A stretch of 60,277 nt of DNA, counting the filler. It is 9 parts of 9 records of this genome, joined end to end, with 100 filler letters (N's around TTAATTAATTAA, not from the genome) between each part and the next. Parts side by side here need not be neighbours in the genome. Positions count along the whole stretch, not along the records: positions 1 to 5,701 come from SRR31156797_20516; positions 5,802 to 15,425 come from SRR31156797_20531; 7 more parts are not named here. One strand, written 5' to 3'. The position numbers were made by a program, and so were the translations under genes. Positions 1 through 11,160 of this stretch are shown piece after piece; within the stretch, counting starts at the first letter, position 1; each line of letters starts with the position of its first letter. Under the pieces are notes generated by a model. The model made no database searches and was not told where the DNA came from. It worked only from the letters and a program-made list of their open reading frames with translations.

Positions 1-3000
1 AACCGGAAATGAAACTAATGCCCTGCTCGATTTTTATATAAATGATTTGCGTAATCCTGAAAGCATGTATTTGTTTCTTGACTTAAAGAGCTCAAAAACA
101 AGCTTTAACGATATTAGCAACATCCGTTTACCAAACAATGCCAAAAACAAGTTTCTTCGGTTTCCCGAAAGTTTTTATGATGCTGGAGAATTGCAGTTTA
201 AAGGAAATTTTAGTGGTTTTCTTACCGACTTTGTAACTTTTGGTACACTTACCAGTGAAATGGGGATACTAAAAACCGATATACTGGTTATGCCTGAACA
301 AGAGAAAAGTGTTTATTACCGGGGAAACATCTCAACAACTAATTTTAAATTGGGCGAACTATTAAAGCTTAAAAATATTGGAGCTATTACTTTAGCCGGA
401 TCGGCCGATGGAAAATACGACATTGAGAACGATTATGTATCGGGTATTTTTGAAGGTGATATTTCTTCAATAAACATAAAAGACTACACTTACCAAAATA
501 TTTCATTCGATGGTGTTTTACGAGATAAAATGTTTGATGGTTTGCTTGAAATTCAGGATCCCAACCTGGAGTTTAGCTTTTTAGGAGAACTTAACCTGAA
601 TGAACAAGTTCCACGTTTTGATTTTAATCTGAATTTACGAAAAGCACTACCCGGAAAACTCAATTTAAGCGAGAATTTTCCGGCAACGAATGTTGCTTTT
701 GACATGGATGCAAAATTTACAGGAGACAGAATTGATAATCTAAATGGTGTTATTTCAATAAACAAAGGCTTCTATGGTAATCGCAACGGGAAGATCGACT
801 TAAAAGGCATAAAACTGGAAGCATACCCGGAAAACGGCAAAGACATTCTTCGCTTTACTTCCAACTACCTGGATGCCGATATTAAAGGAGCATATTATTT
901 TATAAAACTAAAAGATGAATTAACCAAAGTTTCCAAATTTTTTATCCCATCAGGATTCTGGCCTGGTGGTGAAAAAACAACAAGTTTAAATAATTTTAAC
1001 TATCGTTTAAATATAAAGGAGGTGAACCCCCTGGTAAATATTTTTATTCCTGGCTTAGACTTTGAAACACCTTTCTTGTTGTACGGTAATTTAAATACAT
1101 CGGCAAATAACCTAAGTTTAAAAGGCAGCATACCGAGTATAAAATATGGCAATAACTGGGCGCGGGATATATTTGTAGGAAACCAAACCAATGGAGAAGT
1201 TTTTAGTTCAAGATTTAGGATTGGAGAATTACTAAACCGCAACGGTTTTAATCTTTATAATCTTAGTCTCGATACTAAAGTGTGGAACAATACGATAGAC
1301 AACAGCATATCCTGGAGTAACTACGATGAACTTACCTACAGCGGTGCAATCCGTACAAAAACTGTTTTTAATATTAACGACACCACTCAAAAAGCCCATA
1401 TCGAAATTGAGGGATCACCATCAAATATATATATTGCCGATACGCTTTGGTCAATCCATCCATTTCAGGTTAACATCGATTCCAGTACTGTTGCGGTAAA
1501 AAATGTAAAGGTCGAACACAATGAACAAACTTTTGCCCTTAATGGCTCAATATCCAGAAAATCAGTCGATCTTCTTCAAATGGATTTAAAAAACATTGAA
1601 CTCAGTTATCTTGATAAATATTTTAAGCGCAACATCAACCTAAATGGGAAAATTAATGGCTCAATAGGTTTTTCCAATTTGCTTAGCGAACCCGTTGTAC
1701 TTTCTGATATTGTAATCGACACCCTTTATTACAAGGGAAAACTTATGGGAGATGCTTCGCTTACCAGTAGGTGGAACCGTGCAAATTCTGCCATTGAAAC
1801 GGAATTGAAGTTATTGCGAAATGATAGAATGAATTTACATTCGTTCGGATCATATACACCTGAATCCGGGGCTTTCGATTTCGACATTAATGTGGATAGT
1901 GCTTCGCTTTTAATAATGGGCGCATTTATGCGTGAGAACTTCTCGAATTTTACCGGCACTGCTTCTGGTTCGGTCCATCTTGGCGGGACGATTAAAAACA
2001 TCGATTTAAACGGAGCTCTGCACGGACAAAACGCCGGACTCACCATTGATGTAACGCAGGTTCCATATACCTTTACTGACAGCGTTTATTTTAAAGATGA
2101 TACCATACATTTTGATAATTTATTGATTTTTGATGACCAGGGAAACAACGGAATATTTGATGGAATAATTGTTCATGAGAATTTCCGCAATATGACCTAT
2201 GACCTTAATTTTGCTTCTGAAAAGATGAGGGTTCTAAATACCACTTCCCAAATAAACGAACAGTTTTATGGCAATGCAATAGCCAACGGAAGTCTTCGTA
2301 TTACGGGCAAGGCAAAAGACGTTGATTTAATAGGTTACGGCACTACGCTTCCCGAAACAGATATAAAAATATCGATGGAAAGTGAAAGCGAGTTGCAGCA
2401 ATACGAATTTCTGGAGTTTGTTAAACCAGAAGAAAAACAGGAAAATCCGTTTTTCGGTAAAGTAAAAAATGAATCTCAAGGTGGTTTTAACCTCGGTTTA
2501 ACAGTTCAGGCAACTTCCGATGCCAAAGTTCAGTTAATTTACAATTCGCAAATAGGAGATGTTATTAAAGCCCGCGGAGAGGGTATTTTGCTTTTTGAGA
2601 TGGATAATGAAGGTAATATGTCATTATCAGGCAATTACACTCCTACCAAAGGAGATTATTTGTTTACGCTGCAAAACGTAATGAATAAACGCTTTTCCAT
2701 CAAACAAGGAGGTTCCATTATCTGGTCGGGCGATCCGTATAATGCAATTGTTGATTTAGAAGCCATTTACAAATTAAAAGCTTCATTATACGATTTACTG
2801 CACGAAGGAAACTATAATGTATCGCAAACAAGCCGGGTACCGGTAGAGTGTATTATAAAACTAACCGATGAGTTGATAAATCCGACCATTAATTTTGATA
2901 TTAATTTCCCTAGTGTTGAGGCCCCGGTTGTTAATGATTTATCTCAATATTTTAGCACTGAAGAAGAACTGAATAAACAAATCCTTTCCCTGATTGTTAT

Positions 3001-3487
3001 GGGTAAGTTTTATACACCGGAATATATGAGGGGAAGTTATGAAGCACAAAACTCCAATATGATTGGAACCACTGCAAGTGAAGTTTTCTCGAACCAGTTA
3101 AGCAATTGGTTGTCGCAAATTGACGAAGATTGGGATATTGGAATCAACTACAGACCGGGCAACCAGGTTACAGACGATGAAATTGAGCTGGCACTAAGTA
3201 CACAAATATTGAATGACCGGGTTACCTTAAATGGCAATATCGGGAACAATGCCAATCAATATAATGCAAACAATACCAGCCAAATAGTTGGCGATTTTGA
3301 AATGAGTGTTAAACTTGTACCAAGTGGCAAAATACAATTTAAGGCATACAATCGATCAAATAATAATCTTATCTATGAGACAGCACCTTATACACAGGGA
3401 ATTGGGTTGTCGTTTAAAGAAGAGTATAATTCCATTGAGGAACTGTTTCAGAAGTTGAGTAAAATATTTCGAAAAAAGAATAAATAA
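1..3487 (+). CDS. TamB/AsmA-like translocation and assembly module protein, 5'-partial
   Basis: Frame is open from base 2. Long beta-rich protein with a DUF490/TamB-like C-terminus (GSIIWSGDPYNA...NKQILSLIVMGKF...YTQGIGLSFKEEY), typical of Bacteroidetes. Confidence 0.85.
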   Translation, partial: TGNETNALLDFYINDLRNPESMYLFLDLKSSKTSFNDISNIRLPNNAKNKFLRFPESFYDAGELQFKGNFSGFLTDFVTFGTLTSEMGILKTDILVMPEQEKSVYYRGNISTTNFKLGELLKLKNIGAITLAGSADGKYDIENDYVSGIFEGDISSINIKDYTYQNISFDGVLRDKMFDGLLEIQDPNLEFSFLGELNLNEQVPRFDFNLNLRKALPGKLNLSENFPATNVAFDMDAKFTGDRIDNLNGVISINKGFYGNRNGKIDLKGIKLEAYPENGKDILRFTSNYLDADIKGAYYFIKLKDELTKVSKFFIPSGFWPGGEKTTSLNNFNYRLNIKEVNPLVNIFIPGLDFETPFLLYGNLNTSANNLSLKGSIPSIKYGNNWARDIFVGNQTNGEVFSSRFRIGELLNRNGFNLYNLSLDTKVWNNTIDNSISWSNYDELTYSGAIRTKTVFNINDTTQKAHIEIEGSPSNIYIADTLWSIHPFQVNIDSSTVAVKNVKVEHNEQTFALNGSISRKSVDLLQMDLKNIELSYLDKYFKRNINLNGKINGSIGFSNLLSEPVVLSDIVIDTLYYKGKLMGDASLTSRWNRANSAIETELKLLRNDRMNLHSFGSYTPESGAFDFDINVDSASLLIMGAFMRENFSNFTGTASGSVHLGGTIKNIDLNGALHGQNAGLTIDVTQVPYTFTDSVYFKDDTIHFDNLLIFDDQGNNGIFDGIIVHENFRNMTYDLNFASEKMRVLNTTSQINEQFYGNAIANGSLRITGKAKDVDLIGYGTTLPETDIKISMESESELQQYEFLEFVKPEEKQENPFFGKVKNESQGGFNLGLTVQATSDAKVQLIYNSQIGDVIKARGEGILLFEMDNEGNMSLSGNYTPTKGDYLFTLQNVMNKRFSIKQGGSIIWSGDPYNAIVDLEAIYKLKASLYDLLHEGNYNVSQTSRVPVECIIKLTDELINPTINFDINFPSVEAPVVNDLSQYFSTEEELNKQILSLIVMGKFYTPEYMRGSYEAQNSNMIGTTASEVFSNQLSNWLSQIDEDWDIGINYRPGNQVTDDEIELALSTQILNDRVTLNGNIGNNANQYNANNTSQIVGDFEMSVKLVPSGKIQFKAYNRSNNNLIYETAPYTQGIGLSFKEEYNSIEELFQKLSKIFRKKNK

Positions 3488-3536
3488 ATCAAGTGTAAAT
3501 TCACATTTAAATTTAATCATAAGCTGACATAATTCC

Positions 3537-3566
3537 TTTGTCAGTCTCTGCCTACAGGTATTTTTG
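3537..3566 (+). promoter_or_regulatory. Possible Bacteroidetes housekeeping promoter (-33 TTTG, -7 TATTTTTG) overlapping a CTGACA...TGTCAG inverted repeat
   Basis: TTTG at 3537-3540 and TAnnTTTG at 3559-3566, upstream of the antiporter gene. Confidence 0.4.
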
Positions 3567-3610
3567 CATCCTTTTGGCTTAGTTAATCATTTAATTATAA
3601 ATTACAGTTT

Positions 3611-4990
3611 ATGTTCATTTTAATGGTAGTTGTTTTTGTTCTGGGTTATATGGCTATTGCCCTGGAACATCCGCTAAGAATTGATAAAGCAGCTTCTGCT
3701 TTAATTATAGGCTCCTTGTGTTGGGTTGTTTATATCCTGGGAGCCGAAGATATTTTACACATGGGATTTAGTCCGGCCTGGGAGACATTTTTGGCGACTC
3801 ATCCTAATACGCACGGTGTTCATGCGATTCACGAATTTATTGTAGAGTACGAAATTATTCATCACCTGGGAGAAATTGGAGAAATTCTGTTTTTCCTGCT
3901 TGGTGCTATGACCATTGTTGAAGTGGTTGATCAACACGAAGGATTTAAAATCATTACCGACAAAATTAAAACCACAAATAAGGTAAAACTACTATGGATT
4001 TTAAGTGTTTTAACTTTCTTCATGTCGGCCTTGTTGGATAACCTAACAACAACAATTGTTTTGGTGGCCCTGCTGCGTAAACTTATCGACGACAAACAAA
4101 CCCGTTGGTTTTTTGCAAGTATGGTAGTATTGGCAGCAAATGCCGGCGGTGCATGGTCACCTATTGGCGACGTTACAACTATTATGTTGTGGATTGGCGG
4201 TCAGGTTACAGCAGCAAATATTATTGTTAATGTAATTGTACCCAGCCTGGTATGTATGATAGTACCGTTGGCAATTCTTTCTTTTACACTGAAAGGCAAC
4301 GTGGCCCGTCCGTCATTTGAAGACGATGAAATTGAATATACCACTTCGGGAGAACGCATTCTTTTTCTTATTCTGGGTATCAGCGGATTACTGTTTGTTC
4401 CCTTGTTTAAAACGGTTACTCATCTTCCTCCATACATGGGAATGTTGTTGTCTTTAGGTATTCTTTGGATTGTTGGTGAGATTGTTCATAAAAACAAATC
4501 AAAAGAAATTAAAGACAAACTAAAAGTAACTGCTGTACTTCAGAAGGTTGATGTACCAACCGTACTTTTCTTTCTTGGTATTTTATCGGCAGTTGCAGCA
4601 TTGCAATCAGCTGGTCACCTAAATATTCTTGCCACGTTTTTAGATAAAAATCTTGGAAATATATACCTGATTAACCTTGCAATTGGAGTTCTTTCGTCGA
4701 TCGTTGACAACGTGCCGTTGGTAGCCGGGGCCATGGGTATGTACCCCATTATGGATGCAGGAGCAACTGGATACGATGCTTTTTTTGTTCAGGATGGACG
4801 CTTTTGGGAGTTTTTAGCGTATACTGCAGGTACAGGAGGAAGCATGTTAATCATCGGTTCAGCAGCAGGTGTTGCAGCCATGGGACTGGAGAAAATTGAT
4901 TTTATCTGGTACCTGAAAAAGATTACGTGGTTAGCCTTTGTTGGCTACCTGGCAGGTGCCGCCACATATTATATAATGTTTGCTTTGTAA
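3611..4990 (+). CDS. nhaD: Na+/H+ antiporter, NhaD family
   Basis: Polytopic membrane protein with motifs LDNLTTTIV, ANAGGAWSPIGDVTT, SSIVDNVPLV and GGSMLIIGSAAGV. Confidence 0.9.
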   Translation: MFILMVVVFVLGYMAIALEHPLRIDKAASALIIGSLCWVVYILGAEDILHMGFSPAWETFLATHPNTHGVHAIHEFIVEYEIIHHLGEIGEILFFLLGAMTIVEVVDQHEGFKIITDKIKTTNKVKLLWILSVLTFFMSALLDNLTTTIVLVALLRKLIDDKQTRWFFASMVVLAANAGGAWSPIGDVTTIMLWIGGQVTAANIIVNVIVPSLVCMIVPLAILSFTLKGNVARPSFEDDEIEYTTSGERILFLILGISGLLFVPLFKTVTHLPPYMGMLLSLGILWIVGEIVHKNKSKEIKDKLKVTAVLQKVDVPTVLFFLGILSAVAALQSAGHLNILATFLDKNLGNIYLINLAIGVLSSIVDNVPLVAGAMGMYPIMDAGATGYDAFFVQDGRFWEFLAYTAGTGGSMLIIGSAAGVAAMGLEKIDFIWYLKKITWLAFVGYLAGAATYYIMFAL

Positions 4991-5141
4991 TCTATCAAAA
5001 TCATGTTGTTCATAACTCAGCATTTTTGGTAAGTTGAAGCAAACTATACACTTAAAATATTGCTTATTTTAGCAAGGTATAATATTTGACGTTATACCTC
5101 GTTTTTTATTTTAGGATTTGTAAAAAATAATTTAGATACAC

Positions 5142-5701
5142 ATGTATAATCTATTAATGATTCAGTCTGATATTCCTCAAGAAATGGAAGCTATGGTAAC
5201 AGAGCCGGAGGGCATTTCAACAAAATTTATCGACCTCGCGATGAAAGGCGGTTGGATTATGATTCCAATACTGTTCTTATCGGTAGTGGCCGTTTATATA
5301 TTCTTCGACCGGTATTTTGCAATTAAGAAAGCCGGCAGATTTGATTCAGGTCTATTGGAAAAAGTAAAAGTTTATATTACTACAGGTAAAATTGATGCAG
5401 CGATTGCGCTATGCCGAAGTAATGCAAACCCTGCTTCGCGAATGCTTGAAAAAGGAATTAGCCGGATTGGACGTCCTTTAACCGATGTAAATGCTGCAAT
5501 TGAAAATGTTGGAAACCTTGAGATATCCAAACTTGAAAAAGGACTTCCTGTTTTGGCATCGGTTGCCGGTGGAGCTCCAATGATCGGATTCCTCGGGACA
5601 GTGATGGGAATGATTCAGGCTTTTTACGATATGTCGAATGCCGGTAACAACATTGACGTCACCTTACTCTCAACCGGTATTTACCAGGCAATGGTAACAA
5701 C
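5142..5701 (+). CDS. MotA/TolQ/ExbB proton channel protein, 3'-partial
   Basis: GGWIMIPI transmembrane segment, APMIGFLGTVMGMI and GIYQAMVT; runs into the spacer. Confidence 0.9.
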
Positions 5702-5801
5702 NNNNNNNNNNNNNNNNNNNNNNNNNNNNNNNNNNNNNNNNNNNNTTAATTAATTAANNNNNNNNNNNNNNNNNNNNNNNNNNNNNNNNNNNNNNNNNNN
5801 N
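5702..5801. other. Artificial contig-joining spacer
   Basis: N44-TTAATTAATTAA-N44; the core gives stops in all six frames. Confidence 0.97.
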
Positions 5802-8800
5802 GATCGCCGTCATCGTAGAAGAAGTAAAAGGGAATCTCCTTGTGATGTCTAAGCAAACTCTCTTCTATCAGGCTGTTGTCACATCCCCAGCAGGAGGTCA
5901 TCATCACGCCGTCGAGATCGAGCTGATCCCAGTAATGGAGGACGCTGCCGACGGCATAGCCTGATCCGCCGGCGGTTTTAGGATCGATCACCGCTTCCGA
6001 TCTTTCAAGGACCGTCTTCATGTCCGGCATGGGGAGCCATGGGTGGTGTTTGCCGGCGATCTTGTACAGGGTGTTGCGGATCAAATCCATGACAAAGATA
6101 TACATCCTGTCCTGTCTTCTTGAACTGCCACTGCCGAAAATCAGCTCCGGGTGGGCCCGGGCAGTAAAATCGAAGAAATCACAATTGGGCTCGGCGATGA
6201 TCCGTATCCCTTTTTGGGACAGGCTTTTGAAGACACCGGCGTTGGCCACATCATTGCCTTTTGTCATGATGTCTCCGGAGACGAATATTGTTTTATAGTC
6301 CTTGTGGGCGTCCCTCTGGGCATTGATGGCGGCATACTCTGTTGAGGCGTCATCCAACGTTTTTTTCAATTTTCGCCAGTGGCGGGAGTTGATCCATGCG
6401 CCTTTAAAACCGGGTTTGGATTCGGAGGCTACGATATCAAGTATCCTGGTGGAATATTTCCGATATGCGGCTTCAGAGATCCCCGGTGTTACTTCTCCTG
6501 CCAGATGGTACAGGTAGAGCTGGCGGACAATGTCCAGGGCGGTGAGTCCCGAGATCAGGCGGGCCGTCATGGCGGGTCCGCCGGCGATCCTGAGGGAGGA
6601 CACCGAAATGCGGTCGTTATTATCCATTCGTTCGATGGAAAGCCTGTCCTTTATGCCGAACATTCCCCCACGGCACATTTTCCCTGAGATCTGCAGCAGC
6701 CGGGTCTCTTTGTCGGTGGGATTGTTCATGAGGTATTCCTTGAACGCACCCCAGACAAACTGGTAGGAAAGACACTCCTTGCCGGAACAATCGGGTTTGC
6801 CGAGGGCGATATTTTCCTTGGAGGTGGGCGGGGCTGCCACGGCGTCATAGCCATAGGAGCTGTAAACCGAGGCAAACAACTCTCCTAAATATTCAATGCT
6901 GCTCAGGAAGACATATTTTACACGGCGATCCATGTAGGGACCGGCGTATTTGCCCTTGTCGATGTAGGCCCGGACGTTGGAGGCTTTTCCCGACAGTCCC
7001 GACAGTCCCGACAGTCCCGACAGCCCCGGCAGCTCCGGCAGCTCTGTTCCCGTCTCCTGCATATGCTGGCTAACGGATTGGAGGAAAGATTGAATCCGGG
7101 TGACAAAGCCTGCGGTGCCCCCGTGTCCGTCACTTTCAAGGATGGTGTGGGGATATCCCTGGAGCAGGGCCTGGAAAACCTGTTCGGTAAAGGAGGCCGG
7201 ACCGCATCCGAATGACGAGAGCATCAGGGGATATACGGTGCCCATTTTCAATGCGGCTTCGGAGGCCCGCAGGTACCGGTTCGCGTCCCCCCAGTAGATG
7301 CGTTCCATGGGCTGGGTGTCCGGGGGAATGGGAAAGCAGTCTATGGGGATGGCCATGGCGCCGTTCTGCCGGATGATGGTGGGGATCTTGGAGTTGGCCG
7401 CCACATCATGGATCACATGGAGGGTGCCGCAGACCAGGATGGGGGCGATGTTTGTCTCATAGGCATAGGCAAGGGCCTGTTTGCCCATTTCGGCCAATGC
7501 GTTGTTATAGTCATCCTGGCTTTGCTCGGCTTTGGCCAGGGCGGTTTTAATCCGCTCCTGATCAACCCCGTAGGGCTGGAGGAATTTGAGCAATTGGTTT
7601 TCCAATGCGGGTTGGGCCAATCCCTTCTGGAGGTAAAGCCTGGGATGGAGCACATCCACCTTGCGGCCCCGGGCTTTCAATGACTGTTTTATCAACTCCG
7701 GCATGGCCTGCTCGGTGACACAGGACATGCCCCCGAGACCTTCCCGGTCGGGAAAATCCATGATCTTTGGGAAAAAAAGAGTGGGGAGGTCGGTGTCGCA
7801 GATGGCATGGGCCACCTTGACGGGACCGCAGGAATCAAAGCTGTTGCAAAGCTGCTCGCCCCTGGCAAGGGAGGTTGTATCCGACCGCAGCAGCTTTACT
7901 GAAAAGCCAAGAGTTTGCAGGAAAGTGGAAAGCCAGGGGATATGACTTGCCAGGGCGGCTGTGACCGGTATCCCCATGACCGTGGTGCCGGGGGTGACGC
8001 TTTCGAAGGACTGAATGAGCGCTTCCCTTTGCTTGAACGGATCGGGGGCATCCTTGGGCAGTTTGTTCGTGCCTGTTTTGGACAGCTCATATTTGGGGCA
8101 GGCCCCGCCGGCCATGGCGGTTTTTTCCGTGCCGTTAAAGGCGATGGTCACCTTTTCAATGGGGCAGTGGGTGCCGCAGCCTGAGTCCCGGCAAGTGAAC
8201 TCGGACCGGCCGGTGATCTGGGCCGCAAGGAGACGTGACAGGTCCAGGGCGGGGGCGTTCAGCAGGGTTGAGGCCCCTTTTTCCTGGATGGTGCAGTGGC
8301 CTATGCCCAGGGCCCCCATGGCCCCCGGGTTGGGCGGCACAATAATCTCCCGGCCCGTGATGGCGGCAAGGGTCCAGGCCAGGGACGGGTTGGATGCGGG
8401 TTTGCCCTGGAAAAAGATCTTCTCCCCAAGGGTTCGCTGGCCCATGACGCGGTTCAGGTAATTCTGGATCACGGAATATTGAAATCCTGAAAACACGTCT
8501 TCCAGCTTGAATCCCGCCTTGAGGGCCTTGGAACCGGCCTCGGCGATATAGACCGTGCACATCTGGCCCAGGTCCGGGGGGCGTTTGGCGGTTTCCGCCA
8601 TGGCGATAAAGGTTTCAATGTCATGGATATCGTAAAACAGGGCCTGCTCCTCCAAAAACGACCCGGTACCGGCGCTGCACGCTTTGTTCATATCGCTTTC
8701 AATGATTTTGCCCTTGTTCACCCGGACATATTTGGCGTCCTGGCCGCCGATCTCTATGATGGACATGTCCTCTCCCCCGGCCGGATCCATGTGAACGGCT

Positions 8801-10047
8801 GCGGTTGTATGGGCGACGATCTCATTGAGGACGCATACCCTGCCCTGGTCCTGGTCCTGATCCTGAAAGACCGTGTCCGCAAGGATGGCCACGGCCTCCC
8901 GGCCGGATCCGGTCAGGCCGATCCCCCTGACATCGGGGCTGCCCTGGTCCAGGATGGCCTTGATCAGTCTCCGGCAGGCATCCACAGGATTGCCCTTGGT
9001 CCGGTCATAGACATCCAGCAGGGGGGTGCCGGTCTCGATGCAGGTCAGGACCGCCTTGGCCCCGGTGGACCCCAGATCCAGGCCAAGGACGGCGGGGGTT
9101 GTCTGCCAGTCGGGCGTGGGAGGGATGGCCGGCATCCGGGTGACCTTGTTTTCATACTCGGACGCCGCCGGAAGAATGGTAAAGGTGTGGGTCTCTTCGG
9201 AGATCAACGCTTCCGGGTTGTCAGGCAGACGGACGGCCTTGCCCGCCAGGAGCCGTTCGGCTGCGATTCTTGCGGCCCCCGAGACTTCAAAGGCCATGGT
9301 TTTTTCCGCGACAATCACCTCCGTATCCGCCCCCTCCCTGAACGCATCCAGGAACGATTGTATCCGGGTGCACCCTCCGATGAGAAAAACCGGGCCCTGG
9401 GCCTGGTTCCGCTTCAACAGGGCCCTTGCATTCCTTGCAATGGAGCCGAAATATCCCTTGAACAATTCCGCGCGGGATTTGCCCTGGTTGGCGTAATGGG
9501 TCATCTCGCTCTTTGCGAAAACCGAGCACCGGGCCGTGATGGCGATTTCCTTTTCAACGGACAGGGCCATTTCATCGGCCTGCTCAATGGTATATCCGAA
9601 CCGGTTCACCAGTTTTTGAAGGTTTTCACCCGTGCCTGAGGAACATTTGTCGTTCTCCAGGAACTGATACAGATAGCGCTTTTTGTTGTCGTCCGTTTTG
9701 GAAAGGGTGCGGGAGAGGACACCATACCCGCTGGCCCCCACGCTGACCAGGTTCATGGTGTCCGGCAGGGAGGCCTGGGCCTCCAGCTGCACTTCCTGGC
9801 AGGTATCCTCCGGCAGAATGATCACGGGATGTCGCAGCCGCTCGGCATACAGGCCCGTTGCCGCAAGGCCCTGGCAGCCGGCGATCTTTTGCTCTTTATA
9901 CCAGGTTTTAAAAACGTCCAGCACCCTTCCGTTATGCTCGATTGTCTGCACATTATCCAGGGTGATCCCGCCGTTTTCAGTCATCGTGGCAACCGCAAAT
10001 GATGCCGTTGCCTTCCCAAGGTCACAAGCGCCGATTCTGTATTGCAT
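5802..10047 (-). CDS. Fused acyl-CoA dehydratase activase protein (two BadF/BadG/BcrA/BcrD ASKHA ATPase domains plus DUF2229/dehydratase-like domains), 3'-partial
   Basis: CDLGKAT...DKCSSGTG...ARCSVFA and GLDLGSTGAK...EIGGQDAK...KACSAGTG...QMCTVY; Cys-rich linker CRDSGCGTHC; C-terminal FGCGP and SCWGC motifs. Confidence 0.85.
6989..7042. repeat. In-frame 9-bp tandem repeat, 6 copies, inside the activase gene
   Basis: CCCGACAGT x3, then CCCGACAGC, CCCGGCAGC, TCCGGCAGC; encodes LPELPGLSGLSGLSGLSG. Confidence 0.9.
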
Positions 10048-10117
10048 ATCATTCTCCTGTGATGGTAAGTAAAAAAAGCATATGAATGTTATAGAGCTTG
10101 ACAGGCCATTGGAAAAG

Positions 10118-10152
10118 GGACATAAATGACTTTAAACATGTCAAAAAGGACA
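10118..10152 (+). promoter_or_regulatory. Putative tandem AraC/GlxA-family operator
   Basis: GGACATAAATGAC at 10118 and TGTCAAAAAGGAC at 10139 are 21 bp apart, in the divergent intergenic region just before the regulator start. Confidence 0.5.
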
Positions 10153-10158
10153 TCACCC

Positions 10159-11136
10159 ATGGTTAATTTCACATTTCTGGCCGAAAACGACTGCCTCTCA
10201 TCGGGCATCAGCGGCACCATAGACGCCCTTTCCATCGCCAACATGTTCTGGCAATACATTGAGGGACATGAATCCCCCCTTTTTACGACGCAAATCGTCA
10301 CCCCGGACGGAAAACCCGTCACCACCAACGGCCGGATCGTGCTGAACCCGGACCAGGCAATGGCGGACATCCGGACCACGGACATGATCATCATCCCCGC
10401 TTTTTTCATGCCCTTTAACCAGAACGGGCCAAGGGAGGATCGGATCTGTGAGTGGCTGCGGCACCACTATTCAAAGGGAACACGGATCGCCTCCACCTGC
10501 ACGGGCACCTTTCTGCTTGCGCAAGCCGGCCTCCTTGACGGCAAAATCGCCACAACCAACTGGATGTTTGCGGGCTTTTTCAAGAAACGGTTTCCCAAGG
10601 TGGACCTCCGGGTGGATCATATTTTCACCGAGGATTCCGGCATCTACTGCACGGGCGCGGCAACTGCGTTCATGGACCTCTGCCTGCATTTCATAGAAGT
10701 ATACGGATCGAACAGGCTTGCCAGGCGATGCTCAAAATCCCTCCTGGTGGATCATGAACGAACGGATCAGACCCCTTACATGGTCTTTGACTTCGGGAAA
10801 AACCATGCGGACGACACGATCCTGAAATCCCAGCAGATCATGGAGGAGCATTTTGCGGAAAAGATCTCCCTCGACGCCCTTTCAAAGGATCTGGGCCTCA
10901 GCCCCCGGCATTTCAAGCGCCGGTTCAAAAAGGCCACCGGTGAAAATCCATTGACCTATCTGCAATTGCTGCGCATCGAAAACGCCAAGCGGGAATTGGA
11001 AACCACCCAAAAGACCGTGAATGAAATCACCTGGGGGGTTGGGTATGAAGACATCAACTCCTTCCGGAAGTTGTTCAGAAAGCACACGGGCATGTCCCCC
11101 ACCGAATACCGAAAACGATTTTCATGGGCCGTATGA
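10159..11136 (+). CDS. GlxA-family transcriptional regulator (DJ-1/PfpI domain plus AraC HTH)
   Basis: IASTCTGTFLLAQAGLLDG and a C-terminal double HTH (SPRHFKRRFKKATG...VGYEDINSFRKLF). I prefer the ATG at 10159 (AAGGA RBS) over 10126. Confidence 0.9.
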   Translation: MVNFTFLAENDCLSSGISGTIDALSIANMFWQYIEGHESPLFTTQIVTPDGKPVTTNGRIVLNPDQAMADIRTTDMIIIPAFFMPFNQNGPREDRICEWLRHHYSKGTRIASTCTGTFLLAQAGLLDGKIATTNWMFAGFFKKRFPKVDLRVDHIFTEDSGIYCTGAATAFMDLCLHFIEVYGSNRLARRCSKSLLVDHERTDQTPYMVFDFGKNHADDTILKSQQIMEEHFAEKISLDALSKDLGLSPRHFKRRFKKATGENPLTYLQLLRIENAKRELETTQKTVNEITWGVGYEDINSFRKLFRKHTGMSPTEYRKRFSWAV

Positions 11137-11160
11137 TCGAAAAAACAACAGGAGCTATGT

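Noticed and set aside
8623..9639. Long alternative ORFs such as 8623-9639, 13335-14285, 16018-16836, 16833-18128 and 32922-33830
   Set aside because: They are antisense shadows of well-supported genes and contain no recognisable motifs.
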